DNA from: Bigelowiella natans CCMP2755
Taxonomy: Eukaryota > Protista > Cercozoa
Direction of reading: 5' to 3'
Assembly (NCBI GenBank): GCA_000320545.1
Contig: ADNK01000166.1
Span: 1-64,000, forward strand
DNA: 64,000 nucleotides
Position 1 is the stretch's first letter; the number at the start of each line of letters is the position of its first letter. Under the pieces are notes generated by a model. The model worked only from the letters and a program-made list of their open reading frames with translations, made no database searches and had not been told where the DNA came from. Shown in pieces: positions 61,435 to 64,000 of the stretch. A program made the translations under genes and the position numbers.

Positions 61435-61888
61435 ACGAAATGCGACCATCAATTAGAAAACATGCCTTGTTATTCTCCGTGAATGTCAGCCATGGAGAAT
61501 AGAAAGACTGTCATGATTTATAACACACATCTCTTTATTGGTTAATATGGGGAATTCGTGACCCACTGAAGATCACACCGTGTCCAACTTTGCGCGCAGT
61601 GTTTTGTCTGGGGACTCGCACTCAAGTAATGGACAGGCCTCCTTGCTGGAGCACTCCACTCCCTGCACATACCATAGTGTACAGTCAGCATGTACCCATC
61701 AAAAGAGAATGTGCATGGCGATGAACCTGCACTCCATGCAGCATGATAACCCCAGTCCAGAAGAGCCAGACCAGGTTTCCCGACGACGTCAAAGTGACGG
61801 ATGCCTCACAGCCCAATGATCGCCAGGTCCCCTCCCTTTTATACTGCGACAAGTATTTAACCCAAATTTAGACATAAAATAGCCCCAA

Positions 61889-63322
61889 ATGAGCCGGGAG
61901 TTGATGCTTCCTCGACTTAATGCCCCGAGGAACAAAAACCAAAAACAAAAGAAGCAACCAAGGCCAAAGATTCAACCGGAATTTGCGGGTCTCGGGTCTA
62001 ACAGAGGGGGGTTTGGGTGGGAATACAGGAATACGCAAGTCGCACTCCAGAAATCCTATTCTGCTGCTCGGTAGCGTATAACGTTGTGCACTTTTTGAAC
62101 AACAAAATATCATTGACGTGTGTGCGCAACCTTCTCCCCCCTTATCCTCTCATGCTCTCGCCCCCTCCCCTCTCGTTTAGATAGGGTCGCTTTGTTTTCG
62201 CACTAGCATGCCCTCCCTCACACCGAACAATGATATCCCCAACCCCTCGTGTGAACTAGATTTTTGGAAGGAACGCAGAAGAAGAGCACTGATGTCGACT
62301 ACCGGAACCAAGCGAAAGGCCGAAAGCCAGGCTTCTGGAGGAGAGCCGAAGAAACCGAAAATGAAGAAGAAGTTACTTGATTTGGCCAAATCGTTGGTCG
62401 AGGGTGACGACAAAAAGCGAATCCTTGTAAAGGGCGCCAAGGAGCTTTGGCAGTCCGCCCTTGATGGCCACGGGGTCACGCCACAGGAGTTCGCAACGCT
62501 TCGTCACATCCTGGATGTGTACAAGTTTACGAAAGCTGCACGAATTTACTTGGATTCCCTAGTTACGAAGCATCGGTATGTTGCCCTTTCGTAACGCTGC
62601 TTAAGTTATGGAGTGTGTTCGCGTGTGATCTAGTCGTGGTGAGTCCGCACTGTCCTGTCCTGTATGTTGCAGTTCCGGGACATCTATGTACCAGCAGATC
62701 GATGGAAAACGCTACGATCGCTCATGCCTCGATCTTGCCGCGCATCTTGCCAAGGTAAGGCGCCGACATCGTGTTCGTATTGCGAGCTACGCCATCGTTT
62801 AAACACTGCTAGAGATCAGTCATCGTCATCGCCGTACGTGTCCCAAGTAGCGGTGAGAGCCCAGACCAATAACCCCTTTTTCTTCGATAAAATTATCAAC
62901 AGGATGAGCTAATCAGCAAGCCCGACGCAGAAGAGCTGTGGAAAGACGTGTTGGATGGCCCCGGTGTCACACAGTGCGAGGCAGATACGATCGCGTTTGT
63001 CATGGAGAAGTACAAGTGCTCTCAAGGGGTATGTGTGGTGTTATTTATTATTTGAAAATACTTTTGCTGACCTCCCCGAAAATTGTAAGATAAAAGCATG
63101 ATCCAAACATTCTTCGTTCAGGCGAAGAGCTATTTGAAGGGCAAGCTCAAGGAATGGAGAGGGGGTCATTCGCATAAGCAGAAAATTGTTTTCGAAACGC
63201 CTCTTAGACCCCAACTCATTGTTCGCCATGCATTTCGACACAAATCACAAATACTCACAGAATCTTCGGGGATGGATGTTAAGACCTCAGCCAGCTCTAC
63301 ATCTGCCGCGGCTACTGCAATG
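61889..63322 (+). CDS. Multi-exon gene with repeated helical module (IDGxxYDR...ISxxDAxxLW...DGxGVT.xE..T); continues past 63322 and may start near 61700
   Basis: Phase-consistent exons ~61883-62070, 62207-62575, 62673-62754, 62903-63028, 63122-63322. Two modules: LLDLAKSL...KELWQSALDGHGVTPQEFATLRHILDVYKFT and YQQIDGKRYDRSCLDLA...EELWKDVLDGPGVTQCEADTIAFVMEKYK. Confidence 0.6.
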
Positions 63323-64000
63323 GTATGTTGATGTCATTCGTGCGAACGGTTTGGCGGAAATAACCAAGAACGAACGAGCGTATGCAATATAAATCAATGT
63401 CGTCTTTCATATTTAGGCGGTCGACAGTGCTGCTACGGCAACAACCGGTATTATTACACAGGGAGGACAGAATGCAAAGCAGCCGCTCCCTCTGCGATAT
63501 TCCTGCCTGATGATACTCGTGCGTGCGCGCGTACGTGTTGTGCGTGTTGTGCGTGTTGTGTGCTGTGATGTCGTAGGAGGTTGGCACCATGCGGCGTCTA
63601 CCTTCACCCTTGCAGGGAGAGATCCGCTGGCGCCATTGGTGAGTTATCGTGCACGAAGATGATGAAGCCAACAACGATAGGGCAAATGATGAGCCTGCTG
63701 AGCAAGAAATGCTCTGCCTTCGCATATCATAGTAGTATCGATCGTGATAGTCCTCGTAGTTTTTATGATGTGCTGCTAAGATGGAGAAGGCGCAAAGAAT
63801 GAATGATGTTAGAAATGATGATAAATACGACGATGATGATGATGGACAGCATACCCCCCCCTCCTATTAGAGCTGGACTCTACGATTGGAAGAAATCGAA
63901 CCCCTATCTGTCGCACTTGCGTTGTTGTGTTGTGTTGCGTCAAAACATCGTAGACGTTTGAGATGGATGTCGGAGCTAAGGCCTACGGCCTCTTTGTCGA

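Overview
Intron-rich eukaryotic (protist-type) nuclear DNA. A chlorarachniophyte/Rhizaria-like host is plausible but cannot be verified from sequence alone. Recognisable genes: 3' part of BTAF1/MOT1 (+), an NSDHL-like 3-beta-HSD (-), Aquarius/AQR with an extra C-terminal SAP domain (+), a very large HELP/WD40 (EML-like) gene (+), proteasome alpha-6 (-), intronless ARF1 (+), SmD3 (-) head-to-head with CCDC12/Cwf18 (+), an actin-fragmin-kinase-like gene (-), and a helical-repeat gene running off the right end. There are also two intronless orphan ORFs (S1-MLLE-S1; a lysine-poor BRO-N-like ORF) and a candidate structured Pol III-type RNA with a tRNA-like head. The most striking signal is mutational. 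A 6.1-kb transposon block (a copia-type LTR element with TSD and PBS, plus a 5'-truncated LINE) contains only about 3 TpA dinucleotides. Conserved motifs and paralogous copies inside the window show TpA was converted to TpG or CpA on both strands, a RIP-like process running in the opposite direction (A:T to G:C), with survivors almost only in TAGC/GCTA context. All counts are by eye and exon models are manual.
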